A stretch of 64,000 nt of DNA from Schmidtea polychroa (taxonomy: Eukaryota): positions 36,272,001 to 36,336,000 of the forward strand of contig CM097885.1 of the NCBI GenBank assembly GCA_044892525.1. Direction: 5' to 3'. The notes under the pieces were generated by a model that did no database searches, was not told where the DNA came from, and saw only the letters and a list, made by a program, of their open reading frames with translations. The translations under genes were made by a program, and so were the position numbers. Positions 32,001 through 47,000 of the stretch are shown here, one piece after another; position 1 is the first letter of the stretch, and each line of letters opens with the position of its first letter.

Positions 32001-35000
32001 TTGGTATCCATCCACTTAATAATTCTATTACAAGTGTTCATAACGATTAACATGGCGCGCTATGTTGAAATTATTTAGAAGAAACATTAGGCATATGATT
32101 AATTGTAAATAGCCTAATGTCTGTATATTATTGCATTTTCTATTTGTATAACATCATAATTTTCAGTGCTATCTAAATAAGTACATTTGATAATTATGCC
32201 ATGAAATTACTAGTTTTATTAAAAATATCGATTTTCTAGTATTTTTAATTTAAAAATTCTTTTGCAACAATATGGATAAATTAATGAAAAATATTTTATT
32301 TTGACATTAAGTGAATCTAGTTATTTACTTTTCGGATTTACTGGAACTTTGGAAAGGACAAATAAACAAATTATAATAAAAGAAATCGACACTAAAAATT
32401 ATAGAATATGAAATATGAAAATTGGGCTAATAATTTGAAACACATTAGGAATTATTTTTCATTTATTTTCACTACGATTACAGATAAAATTTTTATTTTT
32501 CAATACAACATTAATTTTTGTGTCTGCCTTTCTCAAGTGTTATTTGATAAAGGAAAACTTGTTACTTAGGAAAATAAAAATGTTTGATCTATAACTGTAT
32601 GAAATGTTTTAAAAATGGGTCAAAGATGAAAAAATATATAAGATTTTATTGATATAATTTCATTTATTTTCAATACCATCATATCAATTGTTTTCCAATT
32701 TAACAAATATTTAACCTTTTGCGGTCCTATGTCGAGTCTGACTAGATATCGACTTTTTCCACGCAGGTCCTATGTCGAGTCTTTTTGAATGATTATTTAT
32801 AATGTATGGTTGTCATAAAATAAAATTTTACTTCCAAAAAATACCTTTTATTAAAAAAAACCCAATTTAGTTCAAGAAAATCATTAAAACAATTGGGAAC
32901 CTGACGGGTAACTTTTTTTACGGACCGCAAAGGGTTAAGCACCTTCGAAAATTTATGTTAAATAGGAAAAAAATGATCTATAATCGTAATAAAGATAAAG
33001 AAAATTTTAAAAGAAAATCAAATCAGATCAAAGATGAATAAAAAAGTAAATGATTTTATCAGGGCTGTGGAGTCGGACTCGGAGTTAGAGTCGCGGTGTT
33101 TTGGCCGGAGTCGGAGTTGTGAAACATAAGGGACTCCGATATTTTTTCTATAAAATTCATAGTTTTAATTACGAAATTTTAATTGCGTAATTTGTATGTG
33201 TATAGCATATGAATATTTAACACGTGGGTGCCATGAGTTACGACAAGACAGTGAGTCACCAAAATCCAATGCATACAAGTCAACGCAAGTTTTTTTTGTA
33301 TCTTTCTTACACTTGTTTGCATGGAACAAGAGCATATATAACAAGGATGTCAAACTCAAAAGACACCAAGAGCCGTATAAGGTATTTTGAGTACGCCGCG
33401 GGTCACATAAAAAAACTTAATAAGCACTTTAACATTTTGTATTATATTTAATTAATTTGCATACATACTACAACGGCTACAAAAATATAATAATTCTGAT
33501 CGAAATTTTGAAAGATGGGATGAAAAAAAATAATTATTTTTTCCCTGAGGTTTGATGCCTCTTTTTCATAACAATTGTTTTTATATTCGGCTTAAATGCA
33601 TTTCTCATTCCCACCTTTATTAAGTATAAGAAATGTTTATCATTAAGCTTTGTTCTTTGGGAGTTTTTGGTTAATTTCATAAATGAAAATAACTGTTCGC
33701 ACAAATAAGTGGAACCGAACATTACCATGATTTTTAACGGACAGTTTTTTTAAGTTCGGATAACTTTTGTGAAGGTTTGAATAAAAACCAGGTATCCCCA
33801 CTTCTAGATACTTAGCTCTGAGCGTAGAATCTGATTGTATTTCAAATAATTCCTTCTGCAAGTTTTTCTTTTTTTTTGCTTTTACAAAGTCAAAGTTGAA
33901 TGGTTCCGAGAATAATGGAAATTGTATTTAGACTCCACAGCCCTAGATTTAACTTTAATGTTTGAATTGCACTATATTTGACTTTTAAATAAGCAATTCC
34001 ATAACAGCTGGTTAAAATATTTTTTTGTAAATTACTTACACTCTTCAATTATATTGATCCTAGTGCATTTTAAACCAAATTTGAATACTTGAAGTGAAAT
34101 TACATCCAAATTACTTATAATTAAAACATTTATGAATTTTTTCCTTATATTAGTTTAATTTTGGACTTTTTTATTCGTTCACAAATGATATTTTTCAGTT
34201 GATTTAAATGAAATCATGACTTTTGAATCATTTGACAATTTTAATTTAATTTTTTTCATTAATGTTATTTAAATACTTCAAAGATTAATAAATGATTGTG
34301 CATTTCACCTTTAGATAAAGGTAGTGTGCTAATTGGATTTGATACCAGAAACAGCAGTCCTCTTTTAGCCGAAATTGCGACATCTGTATTAAAAGAATTT
34401 GGATGTGAATATTTCTTGTTTGAATATATTACTACTCCCCAGTTGCATTTTTTCGTTAAATATTATGTAAATATTGTCTATCAAAATAAAGGATAATTAA
34501 TGTGTGCTAGAATGAAAATCCAAATACAATCTATAATAACCTTATTGAACATTATTTTGACAAACTATCTAACGCATTCTGTATGTATAAATCAACCCCG
34601 GAAGTACCACCAGTTTTAAATGTGGACTGTGCCAATGGAGTAGGAGCGACACACTTGGAGCGCTTATCAAAATTAATTACTAATCAATTGAATTTAAAAC
34701 TGCATAATATTTCCAAAGAGAATCTCAACTTTGACTGTGGTGCTGATTATGTAAAGGTAAGTTTTTTGATTTCATTAAAGGTTTCTTTTGTTAAAAATTA
34801 ACTATATTTCTTTATTTTATAAAGAATTAACAATTGGCATTATATTTATTAAAAAATTGACTATGAATCAGTTAAGATATCCAAAAAAACATCGATATAT
34901 TTACTGATTCATAGTCAATTTTTTAATAAATATAATGTCAATTGAAAATAAATCAGATGTGAAAATAGGGTGGAGGTTATTTTTGAACTTTCAAAATATT

Positions 35001-38000
35001 ACCTTCTTACCCTCCCATTCTGTTCCTATATATGAAAGAAAAATTCAGGCAAAATATGAACACAATTGAACAATATTTAGGGGTAGCTCAAGGACAGAGA
35101 AGTTTCTGATACTCTTAAGCAGCGGCCGCCCATTTATTTACGGTACTTTACTATAGTAACTGAGAACTAAGTAAATTGAGACTTTCTCAGACTCTGATAA
35201 TCATACAACATTTCAATCCTATTTTTACAATATACAATTAACACAAATTCTTCATAGTCCAGGCATGATCAGACTTGTTTAGTATGTTTACTGTGTGGAC
35301 TGGCTATTGCAGGAGTTTGACAAATGTGTTTATAAATTTAAATTGTAAACAGTTGATAACACTACTATTAAAGTGAGCATTAAATTGCTGGTAGGCCACT
35401 GAAGTGAAGCAAGCCTTCCTGAATCTATAGCTGCTGGTAAGTTAGTTGAATGTTATTTGAATATTGAATATTATTTTCAATGTTTAAGTGTGAATAGTAA
35501 TTAAATGAAGATATAGATTAGTTAGATAAGTAAATGTGAATTTTGTAATACAATTATTCAAATTAACATATCAATCCATGATTCCAAAGTCAATGCTATT
35601 TTTATAATATTCATTTCAGATTCATTTCTGTAAGAAAATGTCATCAGTTGCAAAAGCAACACGATCTCAAACTGAGTTGTATCTTCTTGGCGATTCCGTG
35701 ACTCAGTTACGTGGCAGCAAGCTGCCATCTTTACGTATGGCTCTTGGACTCTTCCTACATCACCATCTGAAACTGAAAGAGACAATAAGACAATCATCGG
35801 CTGTTACCATTACAGAAGTATCGAAGTTTTGGCAGAAAGCGAGGATCCCGATGAGAGATCATCAAAACTGCCAAACCAAGGTTGAGCATGCATTTGAAGA
35901 ATGGCGTCTTCTGAAAAAGAACAAGGCACGATTATCAGCAACTCAACTAGCGAGAGAATCAGCTTTTAGTTCCAAGCTCGAAGATCTCTTTGATCTTGCT
36001 CATGCTGATGCACTGACCAGCCCCTCGGTACTACAGGAAGATAAAAATTTCTTGTTAGCCCAGAGAGAAAAAGGAAGAAGGGGGTCGATGACTGGTGCAG
36101 ATGAAAAACTTGCTGCTAAGAAGAAAAGATCATTTGAACGAGATGAGCAAATGCTTGCGAGGCGACAGCGAATGGAGCAAGTGAAGCAGTTAGCAGCTTC
36201 TACCGCTGAACTGATATCGTCATCTTCTGAAACCAGCTTAGATGGTGGAAACATGAAAAGTGGAGAAAATCTGAGTGATGATGCTGCAGGAGGCAGCACA
36301 TTTCGGACGCCAAAAAGAGGGGGCGAAAAACTGTTATTACTCCAGAACTTGCAGTAGCTTTAGATAGAACTAAAGTGTCAGATCGCAAGGCTGTTTTCGT
36401 TATTGCAGAAACTGCTAAAAGCCTGGGACAGAACATCGATGAACTTGCTCTAAACAGAGACTCGATTCGACGACTTAGGGTAGAACATCGAGTTCAGAGA
36501 GCTGCCAACATAAAAGCAAAGTTCCAGGATAATGTACCACTTGTAGTTCATTGGGACGGCAAACTGATTCCTGATCTGATTGGAAAGGAGAAGGTTGATC
36601 GACTGCCGGTTTTGGTTTCTGGAAAAGGAGTATCTCAGCTACTTACAGTTGCTAAGCTTCCATCTGGAACAGGCGAAGCTCAGGCTGCTGCTGTATATGA
36701 AGCCATCAAAGACTGGGGCATAGCCAAGAGTATCCGAGCTATGTGTTTTGACACTACTAGCTCAAATACTGGTCGGATTGCTGGTGCTTGTGTACTGTTA
36801 GAGCAGAAGCTTCAGTAGGAGTTGTTATCACTGGCTTGTAGGCACCACATTATGGAACTGATAATTGGGGCAGTTTTCCAGGTCTGCATGGGAGCCTCAT
36901 CCTCCCCAGAAGTTGCACTCTTCAAACGCTTTCAAGAGTTCTGGAGATTTATAGATACGGCTAAGTATGAAGCAGGCACTACAGCTGATGACGTAGCAAG
37001 TTTACTGGAGGATATAAAGCAAGACACCGTCGATTATGCCAACAAGTATCTTGAACAGAGTCAGCCGAGAAATGACTATAAAGAATTCTTGGAACTTGTA
37101 ATTGTCTTCCTCGGTGCTGCTCCTCCCAGAGGTGTACGGTTCATGGCACCTGGTGCAATGCACCATGCTCGTTGGATGTCCAAGGTGATATACAGCCTAA
37201 AAATTTGGATGTTCAAGGCGCAGTTCAAGCTGACTACTGCAGAAGAGCGAGGGTTGCGTGATGTTTGTGTATTTGCAGTACGAGTGTACCTGAAAGCTTG
37301 GATATCTGCACCTCAAGCAGCAGGTGCTCCATTCAGTGACTTGCTGCTGCTGAAGTCGCTGCTCGAGTACTCATCAATACATGCAGCCATTTCAAAGGCA
37401 ACATCTCGCAAGTTTGCAAATCATTTGTGGTACTTATCTGAGAAACTGGTAAGCTTGACTTTTTTCGACAGTCGGGTCAGTTCGTCAACCAAACGACTGA
37501 TGGTGAGTGCCATGCAAAATGATGAAAACCAGGATTCTGATCATTGCAGACGTATCACAGTTGCTCTTGGTTCATTCAAAGAGAAAAACTTGGAAGATTT
37601 TGTCACAGCTAAATCAATGATTCTGCTTCAACAGCTTGAACTGCCAGATGGATTTCTTGCAGTTGACCCAGGCTTGTGGGGAGACAGAGATGATTACAAA
37701 CAAGCTGCAGAAACAGTTACATCTCTAAAAGTTGTAAATGACCATGCTGAGCGTGGAGTGGCCCTCATTCAGGAATACAGTGGATTAATCACCCGTGATG
37801 AAACACAACTTCAATTCTTGCTGCAAGTTGTCCAGGACCATCGCAAAATGTATCCCGACAGCAGGAAAAAGACTCTGTCCGCCATCTCTGGGTTTACATA
37901 ATAACAGTTAATTTCAAGTTTGCTGGACATTTACAGATTGTTTGTGTCAGAAGCTAAAGAAACATTTCACTATTAATGTCTATGTGTGTAACACTGAAGT

Positions 38001-38394
38001 TTGCAAAAAAATAAAATAGAATCAGAATTTGTTGAATTTACAAAAATTTTATCATATTTCAGGCACTTGAGCTACCTCTAAACATAAAAATTTATTGCTT
38101 AAACTTTTTATACAGTGTTTCTATACCATAAGGAACAGATTAGGGGGGTAAGACTTTCAAAAATTTTTTTTTTATTTTTTAAGCTCCACCCTAGTGAAAA
38201 TCAAAAAAAAAGAATTAACAGTTAATAACTTCAATGTTACTGTAGGAACATAAGACTAATTGGTAAAATATATTGATCATTATTGATTTATTCAATTTCT
38301 TCATAGGTAGATCGAGTAGATTTGAGCAGTCTCCATCGCTTTTCATCTCTCGATACGCTCCGCGTACTTCGACAGGGGTTATTGTAATGCGTTT

Positions 38395-38476
<82 letters not shown>

Positions 38477-40971
38477 TAGAGCCTCGAGTTGCGTTGTCCC
38501 AACTTGCGTCCTTTCGAGTTGCGCCAAAAAATTTTCGATACCATAATTTTGAGTTGCGTTGCTAATTTTCGAAATGCGTCGAAAAAAAGTTTTAAAATAA
38601 AATTTAATCAAAAAATAGCATAACGTCTATATTCAAAAATTAAACTTTAAACCGAAACTAGAATGCCATGATTTATTTTTAAATGCAGCTGCAAATGAAA
38701 TAATTTTTTATTGTGTATTTATTAGTATAAAAGTCTAGTTCTTAGTTGTTTGCATAACTTATAACTCATAACGTTTAAGTGTTTCTTGCTTTTTTAATAA
38801 TAATTGTTTTAAATTCTAAAAACTCAATTACAATATATATACATTTCTCAAAGGTATTACATTTTGTTTATTGTTTTTTATTATTTTTTTGGTTTGTAAT
38901 TGATTTTTTGAAATATTTTTTATTGCCCTATTGTAGAATAGAATTATGAATCGTAAACGATCGTCAGATTAAAATGGTGAAAAATCTACGAAAAGAAATA
39001 AAAAAGTAATATCTTTGGACGTAAAACATGATATTTTACAACGTTTCCAAGCGGGAGAAAAAGCGGTTTTCATTGGCAGAGCTCTCGGGCTAGCTCCAAC
39101 GACAATAAGAACTATCTGCAATCGCGATGCAAAACAAATCAAAACATTATATGAAGCAGCAACAGATTCCCAATTAAAAAGTACTGTTATAAATCGAAAT
39201 GCATTAATAGTTAAAATGGAATCTCTACTTTTAATTTGGATTGAACATCAAACTCAAAAAAGTATGCCGCCGAGCAAAATGGTTATTCAAGCCAAAGCCA
39301 AATCTTTTTACGATGATCTGCAAGAAAAACTTCCAATATCGAATAAAGCAATTTATGAACAATTTAACGCTAGTGGTGGATGGTTTGAGCGTTTTAAATT
39401 TCGCGGAAATCTGCACAACATTTGTTTGAAAGGTGAGGCAGCTAGTGCAGATCTCACAGCAGCAAATGATTTTAATAAAATATTGAAGGCTGTTATACAG
39501 GAAGGTGGCTACAGTTCTAAACAGGTTTAATATTGATGAAACAGGTTTGTTTTGGAAACGTCTGCCGAAAAGAACCTATATAGCAAAAACAGAATCTTCT
39601 GCACCTGGTTTTAAAGTAAGTAAAGATCGCCTAACTATACTTCTTGGAGGCAATGCCAATGGTGACTTCAAACTAAAACCATTGTTAGTTTATCAGACTG
39701 AGAATCCTAGAGCTCTAAAAGGTGTTGATAAAAGAAATCTTCCTGTGCATTGGCGATCTAATAAAAAAGCTTGGGTCACTGTTTCTTTGTTTGTTGATTG
39801 GTTGGTCAAATGCGCCATTCCTGAGTTCAAAAACTATTGCAAACGGGAAAATTTAACTTTTAAAATATTGGTACTACTGGATAATGCACCGGGACATCCA
39901 AAATATATAGATGATCTATCAGATAATGTAAAATTTTTATTTATGCCTCCAAACACAACTTCACTTATTCAACCAATGGATCAAGGAGTAATCTCAAATT
40001 TTAAGTCATACTATATTCGCCGGACATTTAAACAGCTACTGCATGCTGCCGATGCAAATGAAGAAACTTCTATGGCTGTATTTTGGAAAAACTACAATGT
40101 ATTGAAAGCTGTTAAAAATATTGGTGATTCTTGGGCAGAAGTAAAATCCTCTTGTATGAATGGTGTATGGCAAAAAATATGGCCAGAATGTACAGCAACT
40201 TTTACGGAAGTTGACGATGTGCCATTAGTTCGGGCAGAAATAGTTAACTTAGCCCAAGAAGCTCATTTCGAAGGATTGGACGAGGCCGATTTCGATGAAA
40301 TTTTAAATGTAGAAGAGGATTTTAATGTTAGTACCGCAGATTTAATTGAAATGGCTCAAAATATTTATGAGAATGACGACAATTCCGTAGAAGTACCAGA
40401 AGTGAAACAATTAACAACAAAGGATATGGGGAAAGCAATTAAATTAATATCTGAGGCATTAGAAATATTTGTTGCAGAAGATCCAGATACTGATCAAAGT
40501 ATAAAGGTTACTCAAGCTGTAGAGGCCTCCATCAGCTGTTATAAAAATATTTATTTGGATAAAAAACAAAAGGCAGTTCAAATAACTCTGAATAATTTTA
40601 TAATAAAACAACCAAAAGAAAAGCAAACGCCAAGTCCTGAACCAACTTATGAATAAGAATCTGAATAAATTCTATAAATTTATGTTGCTTCATTATTTTA
40701 CATTATTTTAAAATTCTATTAATGTTTGCATTAGTTTTTGGTTTAATAAAACTTATTAAATAATAGTTAATCTATTCATACCTATTTTTTATTTAAATAT
40801 GTAGCAATATAACTAATTTTTATTTAAAAACATGGATTTCAGATTTTATCGGAACCTATTATATAAAAACAAATACATATGTCTACAAAATTAAAATTCG
40901 AATTGCGTTGTTTCGAGATGCGTCGCGATTTATTGGAACGCATTAACGACGCAACTCGAGGCTCTTGTATA

Positions 40972-41041
<70 letters not shown>

Positions 41042-44000
41042 TTCTCAAACAGGATCATTTCTTTTTTAGGCATTTGGTTGGATCCCCTGTGGACTCTGAT
41101 AGTTTTCCTACTTTAAATTTTTTTGATTCAAAATGGTTGTGTGTAACTGCTTCTTCAATAAAATTTCAGACTTTTCTGTTTCATCAATTTCAACTTCAAT
41201 GACTTCTGAATGTATAGTTTCATCAGGATCTGTGTTTTGATTCCAAAGTTCCATTTGATTCACAATACCCAACAGTGAATTGAGAATACATGAGAAAACT
41301 TGAAATTTATTAAGTTTGTGGTCACTTTTTGACAATCATCTCCAAGAGCTTTATGCAGATAGCAAATTAGATCAGACAATTCCGTTCTTCTACCATGTAT
41401 GATTTCTTTCAACGCACTAAAAAGTTCTTCGCTCAGTGATCACCTAATTTCATTTAGCCTGTCAAACATAAATTTGATGCAGAAAGTTGGCGTCAATTTT
41501 ACCGGCAGAAGTGCTGAGATTGTGATGAAAAAATTGAAAGAAAAGTAAAGATTGAAATTCCGAAATACAGGTATTTAACCTTTGAATACCGGTATTTAAT
41601 ACCGTAAAAATTTGCCCGGTATCCCCGTATTGCATTCCCTATGCGTGACATTGATCTCGTCCCACGGTGAGTGATAATAAAGATCGATGAGTTCGTTGGG
41701 CATGAAAGTGTTTGATTCAAACAAATGTTGTGAAGGAAACACCCGCTTGAACGATTGGGATTATTTCCATTTTTATTTCATTATTTAATTAAATATTCAT
41801 TACTATTCTTTTAAAATGTCTCATCTCTGGTTTTAACACAATCTTAGAATTATTTCTGATAATCACAAACCAAAATGAAATAGCAGCTATTATGAATGAT
41901 GCGAAAACATAATCCAAATCTCCAAACAATATTTTATTAAACCGTGGGATAATTCTCTTTTATATGACGCTGAAGAAATTAAGTTAATTATTCCGATTTT
42001 GAAATCATCTGAATTATCCTCCTGAATATAACTAAGCGTGTATTTCATTTTCAGTGTTTGCACATTATTTTTCAAATTTGATAATTTTTATTCAGAAAAA
42101 AAATTCTTCAAAATGATTTATTTTCGTCCATTAAAATATTTTCAAACCCTAAGGAAAGGTTCATAGATAATTTGTCATCTTTACAAAATTATTCATAGAG
42201 TGTATCGAGCTGTATTTTCATAAAATTATAGTACCTGAGAAATCCTTATAGCTTTGCATTTAGTCAGGGAAAAATTATTAGTATTAATTCTTAAAAGATC
42301 ATTTTTATCATGATAATTGAATTGATTTTTCACTGTCTCGCACAATAACCCAATTTGAGCATATGTTTCGATGCTTTCATCTTTAAAAGAACAATGTCAC
42401 ATCTTAGCACCAAACGGTAGACACGATTTGTGCAATACTTTTGATAAACAATTTTCAATATTTTCATCCTTTAATTTTTGTTTTCGAAGTTAATTATAAA
42501 TATTATAATTGCAACAATACTTGCATTAAATCCTCGAAATGCATCTATGTTGATTTGATTAATTCAAATAATTTAGCATTGTAACTGTAGCGAAACACAA
42601 ATTTTCGGATTGGATCAAGGCTAGCCGAAAATTTGTGTTACAGAAAATTAATTTTTTGTCTATTGTCATAATGTAAATGAAATGATTAGCATGAATAACT
42701 TTAATTTCAAATGATTACCCATTCTCTTTTCTTTGTTATTTTTCAAATTTAGTTGCATTCATTCACACTTCTTACCATAAAATAAAAACTTGCTTCATTA
42801 ATGTTATTTAAACATCATCAAATTCTTAGAATAACTAACTATATGTTATCAATCCAAATACATAATTCTCCATAGATGTTCAAAAAATAATTAAAACTGT
42901 TATATTACATATTTAATGTAGTATAACAGTTAAAAAAGGAATAATGGTCCAAATTGGAGAAATTATGCATCATTCGATTGAAGAAAGTCAATTTTCAGAT
43001 AACATTAAAATAAAAATGTCATGTTGTCGATAAAAATTTAAAGTTATAATAAAATTTGCCACTTGGTGATTTTAATTAAGTATTATTCCATAATCACTAA
43101 TTCACATACTTACATAGAGAATTATGTATGTTAGATTCACTAAAATTAAGATTTATACATCTGGAAAAAAACTTTAAAATCATATTTTAGAATTGAACAA
43201 TTGGTTTTTTATTCTATTGAATAATCTGATTTCATTGGGTTTTTCTTTTCTTTAAGTTATGTAGGTAAATTTACTCTGATATGATTTTGATTTAACGTGT
43301 TGCAAAAATAACAAAATCTATTCATGAGATCTCAAATGTCACAAAAATTTTAATTTCTATTAAAAATGTCATCTAAATAATAATTTTTTAAACACGAAAC
43401 TCAGATTGGATAATTTTTCTATATTTATCATAAAAATCATATTTTCGTATAATTTTCAAATTATTAGACTGAATCAGCATAGAAGATACATTAGGAAAAA
43501 GTGACATATATATTGCTTACACACTAGTTTTAAATTTATTACACAAATCACAGAAAATTACATTTTCATTTATATTAACACTCTGGTTTGCTCATAAATT
43601 TAGATCAAGCAATCAGTTCCAGTGATCCATAATGGCGATTGTAGTGAATTAGTTCCAGGCAGTCGTTGGTGCTCAATTGATGGAGATGCAGATCGAATTG
43701 TTTATTTTTCCATTAACCGTCTGAATAAAATGCAACTGTTCGACGGTGATAAAATTGCTGTTTTGATGGCCGATTATCTGACGGATATTTTGAAAACTGA
43801 ATTGGAATTGAACCATTTTTCAATGGCTATTATTCAGACTGCTTATGCTAATTCTGCCAGCACTGAATATATTGAAAATCGATTGAAAATTAAAACAGAA
43901 TGCGTTCCAACCGGTGTGAAATATTTACACAAAGCAGCAAAAGGATATGATATCGGGATTTATTTCGAGGTCATTAATTTTGTTTAAAAAATGATTTTAA

Positions 44001-47000
44001 TTAATATTCGTTTAATAAAAATGTAAATGAAAAAAAATACAAAAAATATAAATATATTCTTCCAAACATAATGGGTTTTCTATATATTTTCTATTTCGCC
44101 ATTCAGATTTGAGAATATAACGAAATGTAAAAATAATCACAAAAATATGAAAATCATTATTTAAATATCAATTAATGCGGCCTCCTTCATTACAAACTGA
44201 TTTGAATGTGGCCTGATAAAGACTTTAATATGTAAACCGCCTCAACTATAAATTTATTTTAAATATCATATCAGGCTTATTTTGCAACTATTGCTAAATT
44301 TATAACTGAAAATTAACTCAAAGATTGTTTTTATTTACAATCATTAATATATTATTTATAAATTGAATTTCTTAGGAGTAGGAAAGTGTGAAAAATACTT
44401 GATTCATGCAAACATTCACATTAGTAGTACGTGTTGCGTTCAATAAGTACTCGAACTTTCCCCAGAGCCGGCTCAGAACTCGGGACTTCGGGGATCTTTC
44501 CCAAAGCCCCGCGCTTTTATGTTTCTAACAATTATTAGTAGTTATGGCAAGTTTTTGACATCAAATACGTTTTTTTACAAGTCGGATGTTAACGTAGGTA
44601 TTTCCCTGCATTAACATCTCGTTCGTTAAGGCTGTTTCTTTACATATATGTACATGTCATGCCATCTACTGCCTCCTTGTCTTCTGCAGCTGCTGCGTAA
44701 ACGAATTTACAAAGATAATACAGACGTTGTATATCCCATTAGCATTGAGGATAATGCTAACAACGTCTGTTTCAGTAGCTTCCATCAAACCCAGCTTTTG
44801 CAAATTAAAGTTAATTAAAAATTATCTAAGATCAACTATATCTATATGGATCTATAGCTTTTTTGTCTGGAGAAGTTTCTTTAATAAGGAAGTAGACGTC
44901 CAATGAGACCAATAATATGATAATAACAAATGTCATTAAGCTTAGATTGATAATTAAATGAATTATATTATCATTGCTTATGTTGCATCGGTGCACAATC
45001 GTAAAATCCAACAATTCCTAATAGAAGTAGATAAAATATCTGGTAGATCATTGTAACAGTTAATACAGTTGATAATAAAATATAACAATCTTAAAAATTT
45101 AATTACAAAAATTTGACAGTAAGTTATATTTAAAAAATAATACAAAAAACTCAATATTAAAACAACCGTTTTAATACATATTTAATTATTTCTTAAAAAT
45201 AAAAAAAACAAAACCTGGAAAATCACTGCAGATGTTGACAGTTTTTTGTGATCAAAGATGCATAACTTGTGCGGATTTCGCTCAAAAGCACTATGAATTA
45301 ATTCCACATACTACAACAACATTGTGGACACATGCAAGCGTAATATCCAGTTAAAAATTACTTCAAAGCAAATTAGGGATTTTAAAATAATTGATTATAC
45401 TTAATAAATAAAAAAAATTTCATTGTAAATTTATGTTATGTTATGCTAGTTTTATTAAGAATAAATTTGATGTGGTTGAAATTATAAATGTAAAATTAGA
45501 ATTTTTGGAATGGGGTTAAAAACAACTCCTAACTCATTTTGAGGTAAAAAACGAAATTCAGTTTGAGTATTAATTCAGTGTTTCCCAAATATTTGGAGCT
45601 GCTGACGCCTCCAAAGCATAAAAATATACATGAAGCCAACTGGTTCACTAATTGTCTGTTGTCAATTGACAATGACTAGCGTGGAAATGTTGTTTAATAA
45701 TTAAATGTATATCACATACATTAAATTTTATAACAAAATTCCCTTAATTTCAAAATAAAAGTTTAAAAAATAATTGTTTCTAAGTGCAGAAGCCAAAATG
45801 TATATATAAATTTCAGCAAATGATTTTAATTTTTACATAAAAATTTCAGAAATATTTCGTGGAACCATTGTAATCCTTTTGATGCTACAAGTGTAAACTC
45901 GTTTAGTAATTGACACTATGGGTGCTCTATAGATTTATATGCTGCTCCCTATTTTCAATTGTATCATTCACTTCTGAATTAATGAAACTTAAATATTTTT
46001 AAAAATGAAAAATACCGAATAAATCTTTTTTTTTATTTTTAAACCTTTCAAATTTTAATTAATAAAAAAACCTTTTTGATATTCTTCGATGCAATGTTTA
46101 AACTTTAAAGTATTTAGCGCTAAGATGTGCTATATGCAGTACACAATTCTGCGCATATTGGACACATTCGTCAAAATTATGTAGTGCCGAAAAGGTTATT
46201 GCGAACTTTATCTTCTATTTACACGGGAGATTTCTCTCTAGTTTTGTTTTGTTATATTTCTCTATAATAGTTCATTGAACATTTTGACTACCCAAAACTG
46301 ACTTTTATTTTATAATTAGGCAAATGGTCATGGAACAGTTTTATTTTCTGAGAAGTTGAGAGATTATTCTGCAACTTTAAGTCAAAACCATGAATTGTGC
46401 CGTTTTATTAATATAATCAATGAAGCGGATGGCGATGCCATTTCAGATCTACTAATTATCGAACATATACTTTCTGTGCGCAATTGGAACCTAGATCTTT
46501 GGTATATGCTATATACTGATTACCCAAGTCGCCAATTGAAAGTTACAGTGCCCGATAGGAATGTTTTTATCACCACTGATGCAGAGAGGAAATTAGAGTC
46601 ACCAATAATTTTACAAGTAAATAAATACTATTAATGAAAATATAGTTAAAAGATCTATTTAGACAAAAGTTCAAATATTACTGTTGATAACTGATATTTT
46701 AATATATTTCGATTATAAAATTATCTTAACCTATTGTCTAGATAAAAATATCTTTTCTAGATTAAAATCAATAATCAGCAATTTAAATTTTTCGTAGATA
46801 TTAATTTAAGTCAACATATTGAATTAGCACATTTTTTGTTTAAATTTTGATGATATTCTTGCTATTTTAAGCAATTTATTTAATAATAATGTTATTATAT
46901 GAAATTATATTGTACTCTTCATTTACTCATATGCAGGGTCTAGTGCGGGGCCCGGGCCAAATTTTTTTTGGGGCCCCTTTTTAATAATAAAAAATATATA

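Noticed and set aside
41800..42500. Possible P-element/THAP9-like transposase remnant on the minus strand
   Set aside because: Only a vague motif resemblance, with many stops.
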